A DNA stretch of 64,000 bases from Coprothermobacterota bacterium (lineage in GTDB: Bacteria > Coprothermobacterota > HKB111), in contig JBBIUB010000005.1 of the NCBI GenBank assembly GCA_037440465.1, positions 9,521 to 73,520 on the forward strand, in the 5' to 3' direction. The notes beneath the pieces were generated by a model. That model ran no database searches, had not been told where the DNA came from, and was given only the letters and a program-made list of their open reading frames with translations. This document shows positions 18,729-28,996 of the stretch, piece by piece (position 1 is the first letter of the stretch; every line of letters begins with the position of its first letter). A program made the translations under genes and the position numbers.

Positions 18729-20069
18729 TTAAAACTCTGTAACACCTGTAAACCTGAAGCTCTTTATTTTGAGTGCAGGTACTAATGATGAACCAAACCA
18801 TGTAGGAATAAGACTTCTATTTTTACTAACCATTTCAACACCCTCAAGAGCCTCAAAGAAGGGTTGTGTAAAGCGTAAATTTTTAACAGGTTTGACCACC
18901 TTACCATTTTCTATGAGAAAAGTCCCATCACGGGTCATTCCTGTTGAAATAACCCTTACGGGGTCAATCGGATTAACATAGTGGAACCTTGTTACAAAAA
19001 TACCCTTCTTAACAGACTTTATCATATCTTCCAGAGAATAATCTCCACTATCCATAAAAAGATTAAGAGGAATGGCTCCGAAATGCGCTTCTGTTGAAGG
19101 TAAAGAGTGACCAGTTGGATTGACGCCTGCTTTCTTAGCAGTATGGGAATCGTAAACCAGACCACTCGCTATACCTTCCTTTATAAAAAATACCTTCTTT
19201 TTGGGTTCACCCTCAAAGTCAAAAGGAAGAGGTAAGCCAGCGGGATCCAGGCCATCATCGTAGATCGTTACCAGAGGAGAAGCTACAGGTGAACCCATTT
19301 TAAGTTTTATGTAAGATCTACCTTCTTCAGCAGCTTTTCCATTAAAACTCAAATATGAGAGCATTTGAAGTATATCAGCAGTAGCATAGGGCTTTAGTAC
19401 AACCTCATACTCACCTGGCTCTAAAGTCTGCGGTATTTCTGTTGATAAACAAGTATATAAAGCTTCCCCTGATACTTCATCAATGTTAAGCTTGGAAAAA
19501 TCTGCTCCTACAGTCTCTCCATAACCACTTCTTCCACCTTTAAGGAAAATGACTCTGAACTCTGTTTTAGTGAATGGAAAATAAGCTTGAAGACCCCGAC
19601 TATTTAAAATACAAAGCTCATTAACCTCATTAGTTACCGCACCATAAGCATTTGCTCCATTTCTTTTAGCTTTTTCTATTAATTTAGCTACTACCTGTGC
19701 TCGTTCATCTGGAGAAACCCTAACTGTTGCCTCTGCAACTCCTTCCATTTTCTGATATAACTGAGGTTCGGGAAGCTCAGGCAAGTTAGGATTTTCAGGC
19801 ATAAGTTGAGCTATAGATTTAGCTTTCTTTAATGCAATTTCCAAACCCGTTGAAGAAATATCATTAGTGGATGTAACACCAACCCGCTGACCGATAGTAT
19901 AACTAAGGGTAGCCTCTAAGTTTGTTTCAGCAACATTCTGGTGTATTTCATTATTGGCAAACCTTGTAAGAAAGGATTCTGTTCCAGTAAGTGATATCTT
20001 CAATTCACCTTTATCTACAAAACTCAATACCTCCTTTCCAAATTCTACTAACTTCTTTTCGCCTATCAT
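18729..20069 (-). CDS. pmbA: TldE/PmbA family protein
   Basis: TRFANNEIHQN, PFDFEG, TRFHY, TGMTRDG, PVKNLRF. Start MIGEKK at 20069 overlaps the tldD stop. Confidence 0.88.
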   Translation of the reverse strand: MIGEKKLVEFGKEVLSFVDKGELKISLTGTESFLTRFANNEIHQNVAETNLEATLSYTIGQRVGVTSTNDISSTGLEIALKKAKSIAQLMPENPNLPELPEPQLYQKMEGVAEATVRVSPDERAQVVAKLIEKAKRNGANAYGAVTNEVNELCILNSRGLQAYFPFTKTEFRVIFLKGGRSGYGETVGADFSKLNIDEVSGEALYTCLSTEIPQTLEPGEYEVVLKPYATADILQMLSYLSFNGKAAEEGRSYIKLKMGSPVASPLVTIYDDGLDPAGLPLPFDFEGEPKKKVFFIKEGIASGLVYDSHTAKKAGVNPTGHSLPSTEAHFGAIPLNLFMDSGDYSLEDMIKSVKKGIFVTRFHYVNPIDPVRVISTGMTRDGTFLIENGKVVKPVKNLRFTQPFFEALEGVEMVSKNRSLIPTWFGSSLVPALKIKSFRFTGVTEF

Positions 20070-21508
20070 TTTGCCACCCCCATCCTCACATTTCTGAAAC
20101 GAGCTGGTACAGTTCCATGTCCCACACGAGCTGTCTGTGGAGGTTCTCCTTTGCCACAGTTGGGTAGTCCCCATACTCTGAAGTATTGAGGCCCACCAAG
20201 CGCATCCAAGTTCCTCCAGAATTCATAAGTGATCCCTGTATAAGTAGGATTTTTATACACCTTACTGAGTTTTCCATTCTTTATCTCATAAGATATTTCA
20301 CAACCAAACTGGAAATTCAGTCTTTTATCGTCTATAGACCAGGATTTATTTGTACACATATAAATACCATCTTCTACTTCATCTATCATCTCTTCCAGAG
20401 TCTTGTTCCCTGGTTCTATATTAATGTTGGTCATCCTTATAATTGGAAGCCTGTTCCAACCATCTGCTCTCATAGAACCATTACTATCCAGACCTAATAT
20501 TGGTGCTGTTTCTCTGGAAGTAAGATAACCAACAAACATTCCTTCCTTTACCAGATAGGTCTTTGTAGCTTTTACGCCTTCGTCATCATATGCAAAACTA
20601 CCAAGAGCACCTGGAATAGTGGCATCTTGATACAGATTTACTAAAGAAGAACCGTACTTAAAATTGTTCAACTTATCAAGGGTTAAAAAGCTTGTCCCAG
20701 CATAGCTTGCTTCAGTACCCAGAACCCTGTCTAACTCTGTTGGATGACCACAGGATTCGTGTATTTGAAGAGACATTTGTTTACCATCCAGTATTAAGGT
20801 GGAGACTACAGCTGGCAAAGGTGGTGCGTTAATAAGTTGGTAAGCCTCCTCTCCTGTCTGTTGGGCATAACGAGGCAAATCAAGCTCCAAGATAAATTCC
20901 CAACCACCTTTCCTCAAATCACCACCGTGAGAATTAGGATAACTCCTCTTCTGAACTTCTCCATTTTTAATAGCATAAGCTACTATCCCCCCACCGCTCT
21001 CAATAAAGGATTGCTCAATATAAGCACCATTTGAAGAGGCAAATACTTTATCTTGCTTAAGGAATTCTAAAGAAGCTTCTCCAATTTTAATATCTTCTGA
21101 AGTATGGAGGAGTTTCTCGGCTTCCATTAACAACTTCACTTTTTCATCAAGAGGAACTCTGAATGGGTCTATAGCTACAGGATAAACCCACTTATCTACT
21201 ACTGGTTTAACCTGTGAAAGGTTCACTTTTTTCCCTTTAACAATGGTAGAAGCCTTTGCTATACTTAAAGCTTCTTCTGCTGTCTTTTTAAAAGATGTAC
21301 TACTAAAATTAGAGGATGAGCTAAAACCCCATGCTCCTTCGTATAGAACACGAACTCCAAAGCCATAGTCAACAACTACAGAGGCACTCTCTACTTGTTG
21401 GTTCTTAACCCTGATACTCTCGATCTCTCTCTTTACAATACGGACATCAGCATACTCAACTCCGGTAATTGAAAGATGGTTTAATATTTCCTTTGTTTCA
21501 CTATTCAT
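20066..21508 (-). CDS. tldD: TldD metalloprotease
   Basis: HESCGHPTELD, YDDEG, PIIRMTN, CGKGEP. Confidence 0.93.
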   Translation of the reverse strand: MNSETKEILNHLSITGVEYADVRIVKREIESIRVKNQQVESASVVVDYGFGVRVLYEGAWGFSSSSNFSSTSFKKTAEEALSIAKASTIVKGKKVNLSQVKPVVDKWVYPVAIDPFRVPLDEKVKLLMEAEKLLHTSEDIKIGEASLEFLKQDKVFASSNGAYIEQSFIESGGGIVAYAIKNGEVQKRSYPNSHGGDLRKGGWEFILELDLPRYAQQTGEEAYQLINAPPLPAVVSTLILDGKQMSLQIHESCGHPTELDRVLGTEASYAGTSFLTLDKLNNFKYGSSLVNLYQDATIPGALGSFAYDDEGVKATKTYLVKEGMFVGYLTSRETAPILGLDSNGSMRADGWNRLPIIRMTNINIEPGNKTLEEMIDEVEDGIYMCTNKSWSIDDKRLNFQFGCEISYEIKNGKLSKVYKNPTYTGITYEFWRNLDALGGPQYFRVWGLPNCGKGEPPQTARVGHGTVPARFRNVRMGVAK

Positions 21509-21529
21509 TAATATTAATACTCCTCTTCA

Positions 21530-22702
21530 TTATCTCTTTTCGACTAAAACAAACACCAGGTTAAGGAGAAATCCCGCCAAAGTTGCCAGAGCTAAGGCTG
21601 GGATACTCACTCCACCCATTTGGAATATTTCTCCTCCTACTCCTAATCCTATAACAATTGCGGGAACTAACAGATTTTTTGGTTGAGTAAAATCTACTTC
21701 ACCAGATACAATTACTTTAAAACCAAGTACGACTACCAAACCCAGGGCTATCATTGTCAACCCTCCCATAACTGCTACTGGTAAAGTACCAATAAGTGCG
21801 GATATTTTATCTAAAAAAGATATTAGTATAGCCAGAATACCTGCAATAAGTATAGGCAGGGAATTTTTTTCTTCAAGGAGAGCGAGCGAGCCAGCAACTT
21901 GACCATAAGGTGTAACAGGTGGAGACCCAACAGCTCCAATAATCAAATTACCCACACCATTTGCTATGAGTGTTTTACTAAGTCCCGGGTCAATAAATAT
22001 ATCTCTCTGTACTACCTGACTTATAGCAAATACCTGTCCAATATGGTCAACAAGAGGGGCAATAACACCAGGGAGAATAAGCCAGAGTGCCCTTAAGTCA
22101 AATGTTGGGAAAATAAACTCGGGTAAAGCCAAGAAAGGTGTTCCTTTCACTAATTCTAAATCAACACCTCCTCTTAAAAGAGCTCCTGCTGTGCCAACAA
22201 GCACTGCGAGAATAATTGAGTAAGGTCTGGTTTCCTTTCTGAGTGAAAAATATATAAGCGTTAAAACAGTTAAAGCAGATATTAGATAATCAGATTTTAC
22301 ATCCCAAAGCACTCTTGGAAGTAAGGTTAAGCCAGATAGAATAATTACTGAACCGATAAGTATTGGAGGGAAATATTTAGTAATATTTAAAATCCCGATT
22401 CTGTGAAGAATTAGTCCTGTTATGAAATATGCTAATGCGGATGCCATGAACCCAAAAACCAGATTACTTAAAGGTAATTCAGCTCCAACAGCTCGTATAA
22501 GTATAACATAAGCTAATGAAACACCAAGAAAAATCGGTGCTTTTCCCTTTGTAATAATATATAGAATTATTGTAGACACTCCAGCACCAAGGAAAACAAT
22601 TTTTGATGGAAGCCCCATTTGACTAGCCCCTAAAACAATTCCACCATAAGCAATTATTATCAATTGTAAGGCAGACCAAATATTCCTAACCAAAAAATTC
22701 AC
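21530..22702 (-). CDS. NCS2 (uracil/xanthine) permease family, divergent
   Basis: Polytopic membrane protein with PIFLGVS, FPPILIG, DHIG, PGL, PPVTPYGQ, PVAVMGG. Confidence 0.85.
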   Translation of the reverse strand: MNFLVRNIWSALQLIIIAYGGIVLGASQMGLPSKIVFLGAGVSTIILYIITKGKAPIFLGVSLAYVILIRAVGAELPLSNLVFGFMASALAYFITGLILHRIGILNITKYFPPILIGSVIILSGLTLLPRVLWDVKSDYLISALTVLTLIYFSLRKETRPYSIILAVLVGTAGALLRGGVDLELVKGTPFLALPEFIFPTFDLRALWLILPGVIAPLVDHIGQVFAISQVVQRDIFIDPGLSKTLIANGVGNLIIGAVGSPPVTPYGQVAGSLALLEEKNSLPILIAGILAILISFLDKISALIGTLPVAVMGGLTMIALGLVVVLGFKVIVSGEVDFTQPKNLLVPAIVIGLGVGGEIFQMGGVSIPALALATLAGFLLNLVFVLVEKR

Positions 22703-22730
22703 CTCCTAAGATTTATTAATGAAAAATTAT

Positions 22731-23558
22731 TTATACAACAAAGGGTTTTACTTCCACCTCCTCTCCCTCTTTAATGCCTAACGATTTCATAGTTTTTTCA
22801 AAAATAATCAGGGCTTTTCCAAGTTTTGGCTTGGGTTCAGCCAAGAGAGTTGTCTTACCAAGAATTATCCTTCCATTAAAAAGTTTTTTTTCTGCCCATT
22901 GGTTTATGATATCACGATCAATTTGAACAATATCTGGGGCAGAAGAAAAACTTTTGATAACTGAAAGTTTAACACCCATAACATCTTTAGGTTGAGTTAT
23001 TACTTCTACCTTTTGAGAAAAGGTTGTCCCAACCTTAACTAGTCCTGCTCTAATCAAATTAGGTAAAGTCTGGAGCTCTCTTATGCCTATATCTTCCTCC
23101 TCCATTATGGTTTTTAAATTCCTTCTGGAATGAACAAGCAAAAGAACTCTAAGCTCTAAGCTACTTAAAACAATTTCATCAAAAGCAGTTCCTACTTCAA
23201 GATCTGCATCAGGGTGAGGAAGTAAGCCTTTTATCTCTTCCCAGGTCTTCTGAAGAGATGTCAAGTTAAAAATAAGATCTTCATGAGATAAAAATATTGA
23301 TGTATGGTCTGTTGTTTTAGAAGTATCAAATAAAAATGGCCCCTCTTTAAGGGTAACAAGATTCTCAAGCACTTTTTCTCCCTCTCTTTCTCCATGAGAA
23401 ACATGAACTGCTTTCCCTTCATCAAAATAAACTCTCCATTCATCTCCAGCTTTTGGACGAAAGATAAGGGCTCCTTTTTTCTTGGACATGGCAATTAAGT
23501 TGATAAGATCAAGGAGGGAAAAATCTTTTAAATCACCTTCTAAAGCCACTGCCATCAC
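22731..23558 (-). CDS. DUF4388 domain protein
   Basis: N-terminal ALEGDLKDFSLLDLINLIAMSKKKGAL...YFDEG...EGPFLF matches the DUF4388 pattern. Confidence 0.8.
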   Translation of the reverse strand: MMAVALEGDLKDFSLLDLINLIAMSKKKGALIFRPKAGDEWRVYFDEGKAVHVSHGEREGEKVLENLVTLKEGPFLFDTSKTTDHTSIFLSHEDLIFNLTSLQKTWEEIKGLLPHPDADLEVGTAFDEIVLSSLELRVLLLVHSRRNLKTIMEEEDIGIRELQTLPNLIRAGLVKVGTTFSQKVEVITQPKDVMGVKLSVIKSFSSAPDIVQIDRDIINQWAEKKLFNGRIILGKTTLLAEPKPKLGKALIIFEKTMKSLGIKEGEEVEVKPFVV

Positions 23559-23757
23559 TCTCCTTTTTTAATTTTATCTAACCTGTAATCTAAGGTATTA
23601 TATCAAAACTAATACCTTCTAAAAAAATGAATTCAATTAAACTTTTAAGAATGCTTGTAATTCCTATAAAACAATATCATAAACCTTTATAAATAAATAA
23701 TTCATCCTATAAAAAAAGCTTGAAATATCTGAATTATAAGCTATTCTTCTTAAATAA

Positions 23758-24516
23758 CTAAAAACTACTAAAGGGGATGTTGGTAGATAGATGTTCAAGT
23801 ATTATAGCTAAATCAGAAGGCTTATCAACATCCATTGCAATTTCAGGATAGGGAGATAGCAAACCTTTAACTTTGCATTTAATTATTTCAGATGCTCTTT
23901 TTTCAATTTCCTCAACACTTAGAATGCCAAGTACATAGCGTAAAATGAGATTCCAACCTAATAGAGTAGCAAGCTTTAAGGGGTTCTTTCGAAATTTTTC
24001 TACTTTATAAAAAAGGTCAACAAAATTATATGGAATTGAATGTTTTATAAGTGCTAAATTACCCAGTGTAAATACTCCTTCTTTTAATTTGCTAAAAGTT
24101 CTCTTTGCACAGGGAAAAGCTTGTAAAATTGTTTCCTTATCAGAATAAGGCATAACCAAGTCAGCATTAGTAGCTATTGCTTCTTTTACGAACCATTCCA
24201 GGTGCGTTTTATTTACAAGGGGAACATCGGAACTTGCTACGAGAACATGCTCAGAGCTGGTTTCTTTTATGCTATTTAGAAGGTTATCAACCATTCTATC
24301 GCTTTGTTCAACCTGCACATCGTACCATCCTTGAACAATCTCTCCAACCTCGGAAGAAGCACTTAAGATAATCTTGCCAATCAGTTCAGATTCTCTTAAA
24401 ACTTTAAGAATATAAAGAACCATTGGCTTTCCATCAAGAAGAAGGAGTGACTTAGTTTGAACCTGTCCCTCTGAAATACCTTTACCTCCTGCCATTACAA
24501 CAACATCTATTTTCAT
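23758..24516 (-). CDS. MobA-like NTP transferase family protein
   Basis: VVMAGG, KSLLLLDGKPM, SDVPL, MDVDKPSD. Confidence 0.85.
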   Translation of the reverse strand: MKIDVVVMAGGKGISEGQVQTKSLLLLDGKPMVLYILKVLRESELIGKIILSASSEVGEIVQGWYDVQVEQSDRMVDNLLNSIKETSSEHVLVASSDVPLVNKTHLEWFVKEAIATNADLVMPYSDKETILQAFPCAKRTFSKLKEGVFTLGNLALIKHSIPYNFVDLFYKVEKFRKNPLKLATLLGWNLILRYVLGILSVEEIEKRASEIIKCKVKGLLSPYPEIAMDVDKPSDLAIILEHLSTNIPFSSF

Positions 24517-25004
24517 AAGGCACCCTTTATTCTATGGTATGTATCAACCAGAGCCTCACCTAAAACTCTGGTATCAGAGATTGAAGTCATAAAATTTGTA
24601 TCTCCTACCCATCGGGGGATAATGTGAATATGGAGATGGTCTTCAATACCTGCTCCTGCTGCTTTACCTATGTTAATGCCAAGGTTAAATCCCTCGGGTG
24701 ATAATGAATTTTTTATAGCAGTAACTAATCTTTTAACCAAAAGGCTTATTTCTTGTATCTCTTCCATTGAAAGCTCTTCAAAACTTATGCCATGCCTGAA
24801 GGGTGCCACCATAAGATGACCAATATTGTAGGGAAAAATATTCATTAAAGCAAACGAATATTCTCCTCTAATCAACATCATATTCTCCTCATCATCATTT
24901 GAGTCTCTTTTTTTACATAAAATACACTCTTTATCTTTCTCTTGTTGAAGATATGTTATGCGCCAGGGTCTAAATAGAATCTCCATTATATATTCTCCTT
25001 TCAA
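24513..25004 (-). CDS. HIT family hydrolase
   Basis: CILC, NIFPYNIGHLMVAP, GFNLGINIGKAAGAG, HLHIHIIPRW. The true start may be MEILFRPW. Confidence 0.93.
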   Translation of the reverse strand: MKGEYIMEILFRPWRITYLQQEKDKECILCKKRDSNDDEENMMLIRGEYSFALMNIFPYNIGHLMVAPFRHGISFEELSMEEIQEISLLVKRLVTAIKNSLSPEGFNLGINIGKAAGAGIEDHLHIHIIPRWVGDTNFMTSISDTRVLGEALVDTYHRIKGAL

Positions 25005-25016
25005 TATAATTATATA

Positions 25017-25137
25017 GGATTCAAGAGGTCAAGGGGTCCAGTATTTAAGTGGTGGTAAATTCTAATCTTTCACTTGAACTTTCGAATCCTTGACTTCTTG
25101 AATCCTGTATCTATTCACTCCTTGAACACTTAAATCC
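25017..25137. repeat. Inverted tandem 8-mer array (GGRTTCAA family)
   Basis: Four forward units (25017-25048), four inverted units (25074-25105), a 16-nt linker, then two more inverted units (25122-25137). Confidence 0.85.
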
Positions 25138-25224
25138 AATAATATGTTTTCTACAACCATCTGGTAGAATATTAAGGTATATAAATAAAAATTGACTAAA
25201 TATTTTTGGAAAGGAGATAGAAAT

Positions 25225-26343
25225 ATGGATCCTCAGCGGGTTATTTTAGCTAAGGGATATATCATACAAAGTACAGTTATTAAGGTTGTCAGGTATTTAA
25301 TGTTCACAACTTACCTATTCTTAATTTTAAAGTTGAAGCTTGCTTTAAAAATTAAAGAGTTGGCTTTCTCAGGAAATGAAGGATGGTGGACTCCAGGATT
25401 ATTCATACTATTAGTCCTTTTACCCTTTTTACCCTTAAAAATCTTCTTTGACTGGGCCTTACAATATCATTTACCAAAAAAATACCATCTAACTAAAGTT
25501 AAACCTGTAAAATATATTTTAAAATTAATTCTTTCCACAATTACTTTAGGCTTTATGTTAATGGCTATTGCTACCTTGCTATTCTTCAGTTTAAACTTCA
25601 AAGATTATTCTTTCATCCCGTCATTTTTACTACCACTGATACCACCTTTGTTTACGGGATTAGCCATCTTTATTGGAAGCCTCGTCATACCTTTATTTAT
25701 TCCTATATTTCTTAAACTAAAAAAACTTGATGAAAAATCTCTTAAAAAGATAGGTAAAATACTGGATAAATATAATTTTCCACGCTGGCAGGCTCAAGTA
25801 CAAAAAAACACTGAAAGAACCAGTATACTTAAAGCCTTCTTCACTGGTTGGGGTCCTTTTAAAAGGATTGTTTTCTCTGAAAATCTGATTGAGAACTCCA
25901 CACCTGAAGAGTTAGAAGTTGTGGCTGCTCACGAGGTTGGTCACTATAAATACGGGCATACCATAAAATCAGCTTTTCTGGCTTTAATAGCAGTTGCTTC
26001 TTACCAGTATGTTCTAACCCCCTTCCTTAAAAGATACAGTCCTGTAATGGGGGCCTCAGCATATCCAGACCTCATCAGCTTACCTTTGCTTCTCTTACTT
26101 GTTTTAATTGCAAATATAGCAGGCGCACCGCTCTTATTAAGCATAATGAGAGAATGGGAACTAAATGTTGATAGATTTGCTATTAAAAGTACCAGAAACC
26201 CAAGGGCTTTTATCTCAATAATGGAAAAATTTGTGGAATTTAATTTACGTGACCCAAAACCTGTATATATTATTAAATTTTTCTTTTATACTCATCCACC
26301 TATTTTTGATCGCATTGAGCTTGCTAAAAAGTTTAAGAAGTGA
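25225..26343 (+). CDS. M48 family (Ste24/HtpX-like) membrane metalloprotease
   Basis: AFFTGWG, HEVGH zinc motif, THPP...RI. AAGGAG RBS favours ATG 25225 (MDPQRV). Confidence 0.88.
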   Translation: MDPQRVILAKGYIIQSTVIKVVRYLMFTTYLFLILKLKLALKIKELAFSGNEGWWTPGLFILLVLLPFLPLKIFFDWALQYHLPKKYHLTKVKPVKYILKLILSTITLGFMLMAIATLLFFSLNFKDYSFIPSFLLPLIPPLFTGLAIFIGSLVIPLFIPIFLKLKKLDEKSLKKIGKILDKYNFPRWQAQVQKNTERTSILKAFFTGWGPFKRIVFSENLIENSTPEELEVVAAHEVGHYKYGHTIKSAFLALIAVASYQYVLTPFLKRYSPVMGASAYPDLISLPLLLLLVLIANIAGAPLLLSIMREWELNVDRFAIKSTRNPRAFISIMEKFVEFNLRDPKPVYIIKFFFYTHPPIFDRIELAKKFKK

Positions 26344-26349
26344 TATAAT
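26321..26349 (+). promoter_or_regulatory. Sigma70 promoter for rpsT
   Basis: TTGCTA-17 nt-TATAAT with extended TGn, overlapping the M48 gene end. Confidence 0.7.
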
Positions 26350-26397
26350 GTACCATTGTTTATTAATATGGAAAATGACCGGAGGTGTTTTTAAAAC

Positions 26398-26655
26398 TTG
26401 GCTAACATAAAATCAGCCATAAAGCGTATAAAGGTGGCAGAGAGAAACACACTAACTAACAAAAGAGCTAAAACAAAGGCTAAAAATGTTATAAAAAAGT
26501 TTCAGCAAGCCATAGTATCAGGTGAAACTGAAAAAGCAGGAGAACTTGCTATAGTTTCTCAGAAAGCTATTGACAAGGCATGGAAGAAGGGTGCTTTACA
26601 TAAAAATACTGCTTCTCGCAGAAAAAGTACCCTTATGAAAAAACTCGCAAATTAA
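26398..26655 (+). CDS. rpsT: 30S ribosomal protein S20
   Basis: MANIKSAIKR...HKNTASRRKS; TTG start with GGAGG RBS. Confidence 0.97.
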   Translation: MANIKSAIKRIKVAERNTLTNKRAKTKAKNVIKKFQQAIVSGETEKAGELAIVSQKAIDKAWKKGALHKNTASRRKSTLMKKLAN

Positions 26656-26667
26656 CTAAACTTTGTA

Positions 26668-27477
26668 TTAAACAAAAGGTGGAGTAAGGATTTGGCGAAT
26701 TCGTTCTATCCTTACTCCCTTTCCTTCTTCCCCAATTACCAATAATACTGCTTCTATTACCACAGGGCCTTTTTCAGGTACTTCAAATTTATTTGGCATC
26801 TGAGTAATAAATCTGTTTATAACTTCTTTTTTATTAACTCCAATAATTGAATCAAGAGACCCTACCATTCCAACATCTGTGATAAAAAGGGTGTCTGGGG
26901 GAATAATTCGCTCATCTGCAGTTTGAACATGGGTATGAGTTCCAACCACAGCAGATACCTTTCCTGAAAGGTAATTTGCAAGCGCTTGTTTCTCTGATGT
27001 TGCCTCAGCATGAAAATCTACCACAATAATAGAGGTTTCTTTTCTCATCAATGTTACAACTTCTTCTGCAACTCTAAAAGGACAATCAAGACAGGGCATA
27101 AAAACCCTGCCTTGAAGGTTTAAAACACCAACTTTGCCCTTCCTTGTTTCTATAAAAGCATAGCCATTACCTGGTACCGATGGAGGATAATTCTGAGGTC
27201 TTATAAGAAATGGATTTTGATGGAGGTAGTTAAGACTATCTTTCTTATCAAAGACATGATTTCCGGTAGTTAAAAGATGGACGCCTGCTTCAAATACTTC
27301 TTTAGCAGTAGCTTCTGTTAACCCTACTCCACCGGCTATATTTTCTCCATTGGCTAATACCAGGTCTACTTCATACAGTTTGATTAACTCTGGTAAAGTT
27401 TTTTTTAAGACCTTTCTTCCAGGAGATCCTACAATATCCCCCAGAAAAAGGATTTTTAAAGGGGAGTTATCGAGCAT
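26668..27477 (-). CDS. ymdB: YmdB/TIGR00282 metallophosphoesterase
   Basis: GDIVGSPG, NGEN, TTGNH, DFHAEATSEK, GTHTHVQTAD; directly follows rny. Confidence 0.95.
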   Translation of the reverse strand: MLDNSPLKILFLGDIVGSPGRKVLKKTLPELIKLYEVDLVLANGENIAGGVGLTEATAKEVFEAGVHLLTTGNHVFDKKDSLNYLHQNPFLIRPQNYPPSVPGNGYAFIETRKGKVGVLNLQGRVFMPCLDCPFRVAEEVVTLMRKETSIIVVDFHAEATSEKQALANYLSGKVSAVVGTHTHVQTADERIIPPDTLFITDVGMVGSLDSIIGVNKKEVINRFITQMPNKFEVPEKGPVVIEAVLLVIGEEGKGVRIERIRQILTPPFV

Positions 27478-28996
27478 AATCAGTAGCTCTTATTTCGCGA
27501 ATAACCGTAATCTTTATCTGCCCTGGATAACTAACTTCTTTCTCTATGGCTTTAGCAAGATCTCTTGCTATCTTAGATGCTTGATTATCAGATACTTTCT
27601 CTGGTTTTACTATCACCCTTATCTCTCTTCCTGCTTGTACAGCATAAGCCTTCTCAACACCTGAAACAGAATCAGCTAACCTCTCAAGAGACTCTAACCT
27701 TTTAATATAAGCCTGAACATTCTCTCTTCTGGCACCCGGTCTTACTGCAGATATAGTATCAGCAGCCTGAACAATCACTGGATAAACACTCCTTGCTTCC
27801 TCATCTTCGTGGTGCGCAGCAACTGTATGAATTACTTCCGGAGATTCACCGTACTTCTCAAGTAATCTTGCTCCTACAAGAGCATGAGGTCCTTCTTCTT
27901 CATGGTCTACTGCCTTACCAATATCGTGAAGAAGACCACACTTTTTTGCCATGGTTGGATCAAGTTTTAACTCAGAAGCTATTAGAGATGCCAGGTGAGC
28001 AACTTCCATTGAATGTTGCAAAACATTCTGGCCATAACTGCTTCTGAAATGCAATCTTCCAAGAAGCTTTATCAGATCAGGTTTTATTCCTCTTACTCCT
28101 GTCTGAAGAACAACCCTTTCTCCTTCGGTCTTTATCTTTTCGTCAACTTCCTTGTGGGCTTTTTCAACAGTCTCTTCAATCCTGGCTGGATGAATCCTAC
28201 CATCTACTATCAATCTCTCAAGAGCTAACCTTGCAGCTTCTCTTCTAATAGGATCAAAAGATGAGATAACAACAGCCTCTGGAGTGTCATCTACTATTAA
28301 ATCAACACCTGTTGCAGTTTCAAAAGCTCTAATATTTCTACCCTCGCGTCCAATAAGGCGACCCTTCACATCATCATTTGGTAAAGAAACAACAGTAACG
28401 GTAGTATCAGCAGTATGGTCAAGAGCACATTTCTGAATAGCTGTAGCCAGAATGACCTGAGATTTTCTTAGAACTTCATCTTCAGCAGTTTTTACTGCTT
28501 CCCTAATCTTCATACCCATCTCTTCGCCAAGCTGCAATTCGAGTTTAGAAAGCAATAATTGTCGTGCCTCTTCTTCTGTAAGACTGCTAAGTTTAAAAAG
28601 AACTCCCTTCTCACGCTCAATAGATTCTTTTAATTCCTTTTCTAACCTACCAATATAAGTCTCCTTGTCTTGCAATGAGCGTTCCTTCTTTTCAATATTT
28701 TCCATCCTTCTATCAAGCACTTCATCTCTCTGAAGTAATCTCTTCTCAATCCTGTTTATTTCAGCTTTTTTTTCCCTTATCTCAATCTCAACTTCACTCT
28801 TTTGCTTTTGAATTTCTTCTTTTGCTTCAAGAAGCATTTCTCTCTTTTTTTCTAAAGTTTCTTTGTAAACTGTTTCAAGAAATTGACGTTTTTTCTCCTC
28901 TTCTTCTTTTCTTTTCAGATAAAACCAGGTAAGTGTCAAACCAAGAGAAATTGCAGCACCTATAATTAATCCATAAATAAAATAAAACATTATCAA
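27467..28996 (-). CDS. rny: Ribonuclease Y
   Basis: N-terminal TM, coiled coil, KGRLIGREGRNIR (KH), LLHDIGK (HD), RPGARRE. Confidence 0.97.
   Translation of the reverse strand: MIMFYFIYGLIIGAAISLGLTLTWFYLKRKEEEEKKRQFLETVYKETLEKKREMLLEAKEEIQKQKSEVEIEIREKKAEINRIEKRLLQRDEVLDRRMENIEKKERSLQDKETYIGRLEKELKESIEREKGVLFKLSSLTEEEARQLLLSKLELQLGEEMGMKIREAVKTAEDEVLRKSQVILATAIQKCALDHTADTTVTVVSLPNDDVKGRLIGREGRNIRAFETATGVDLIVDDTPEAVVISSFDPIRREAARLALERLIVDGRIHPARIEETVEKAHKEVDEKIKTEGERVVLQTGVRGIKPDLIKLLGRLHFRSSYGQNVLQHSMEVAHLASLIASELKLDPTMAKKCGLLHDIGKAVDHEEEGPHALVGARLLEKYGESPEVIHTVAAHHEDEEARSVYPVIVQAADTISAVRPGARRENVQAYIKRLESLERLADSVSGVEKAYAVQAGREIRVIVKPEKVSDNQASKIARDLAKAIEKEVSYPGQIKITVIREIRATDYAR

Noticed and set aside
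20070..20174. Track's longer start for tldE/pmbA
   Set aside because: It lies inside tldD; the coupled ATGA start at 20069 fits the family.
12389..25137. 8-mer arrays as CRISPR arrays
   Set aside because: Units are 8 nt, degenerate and inverted, with no unique spacers and no cas genes.
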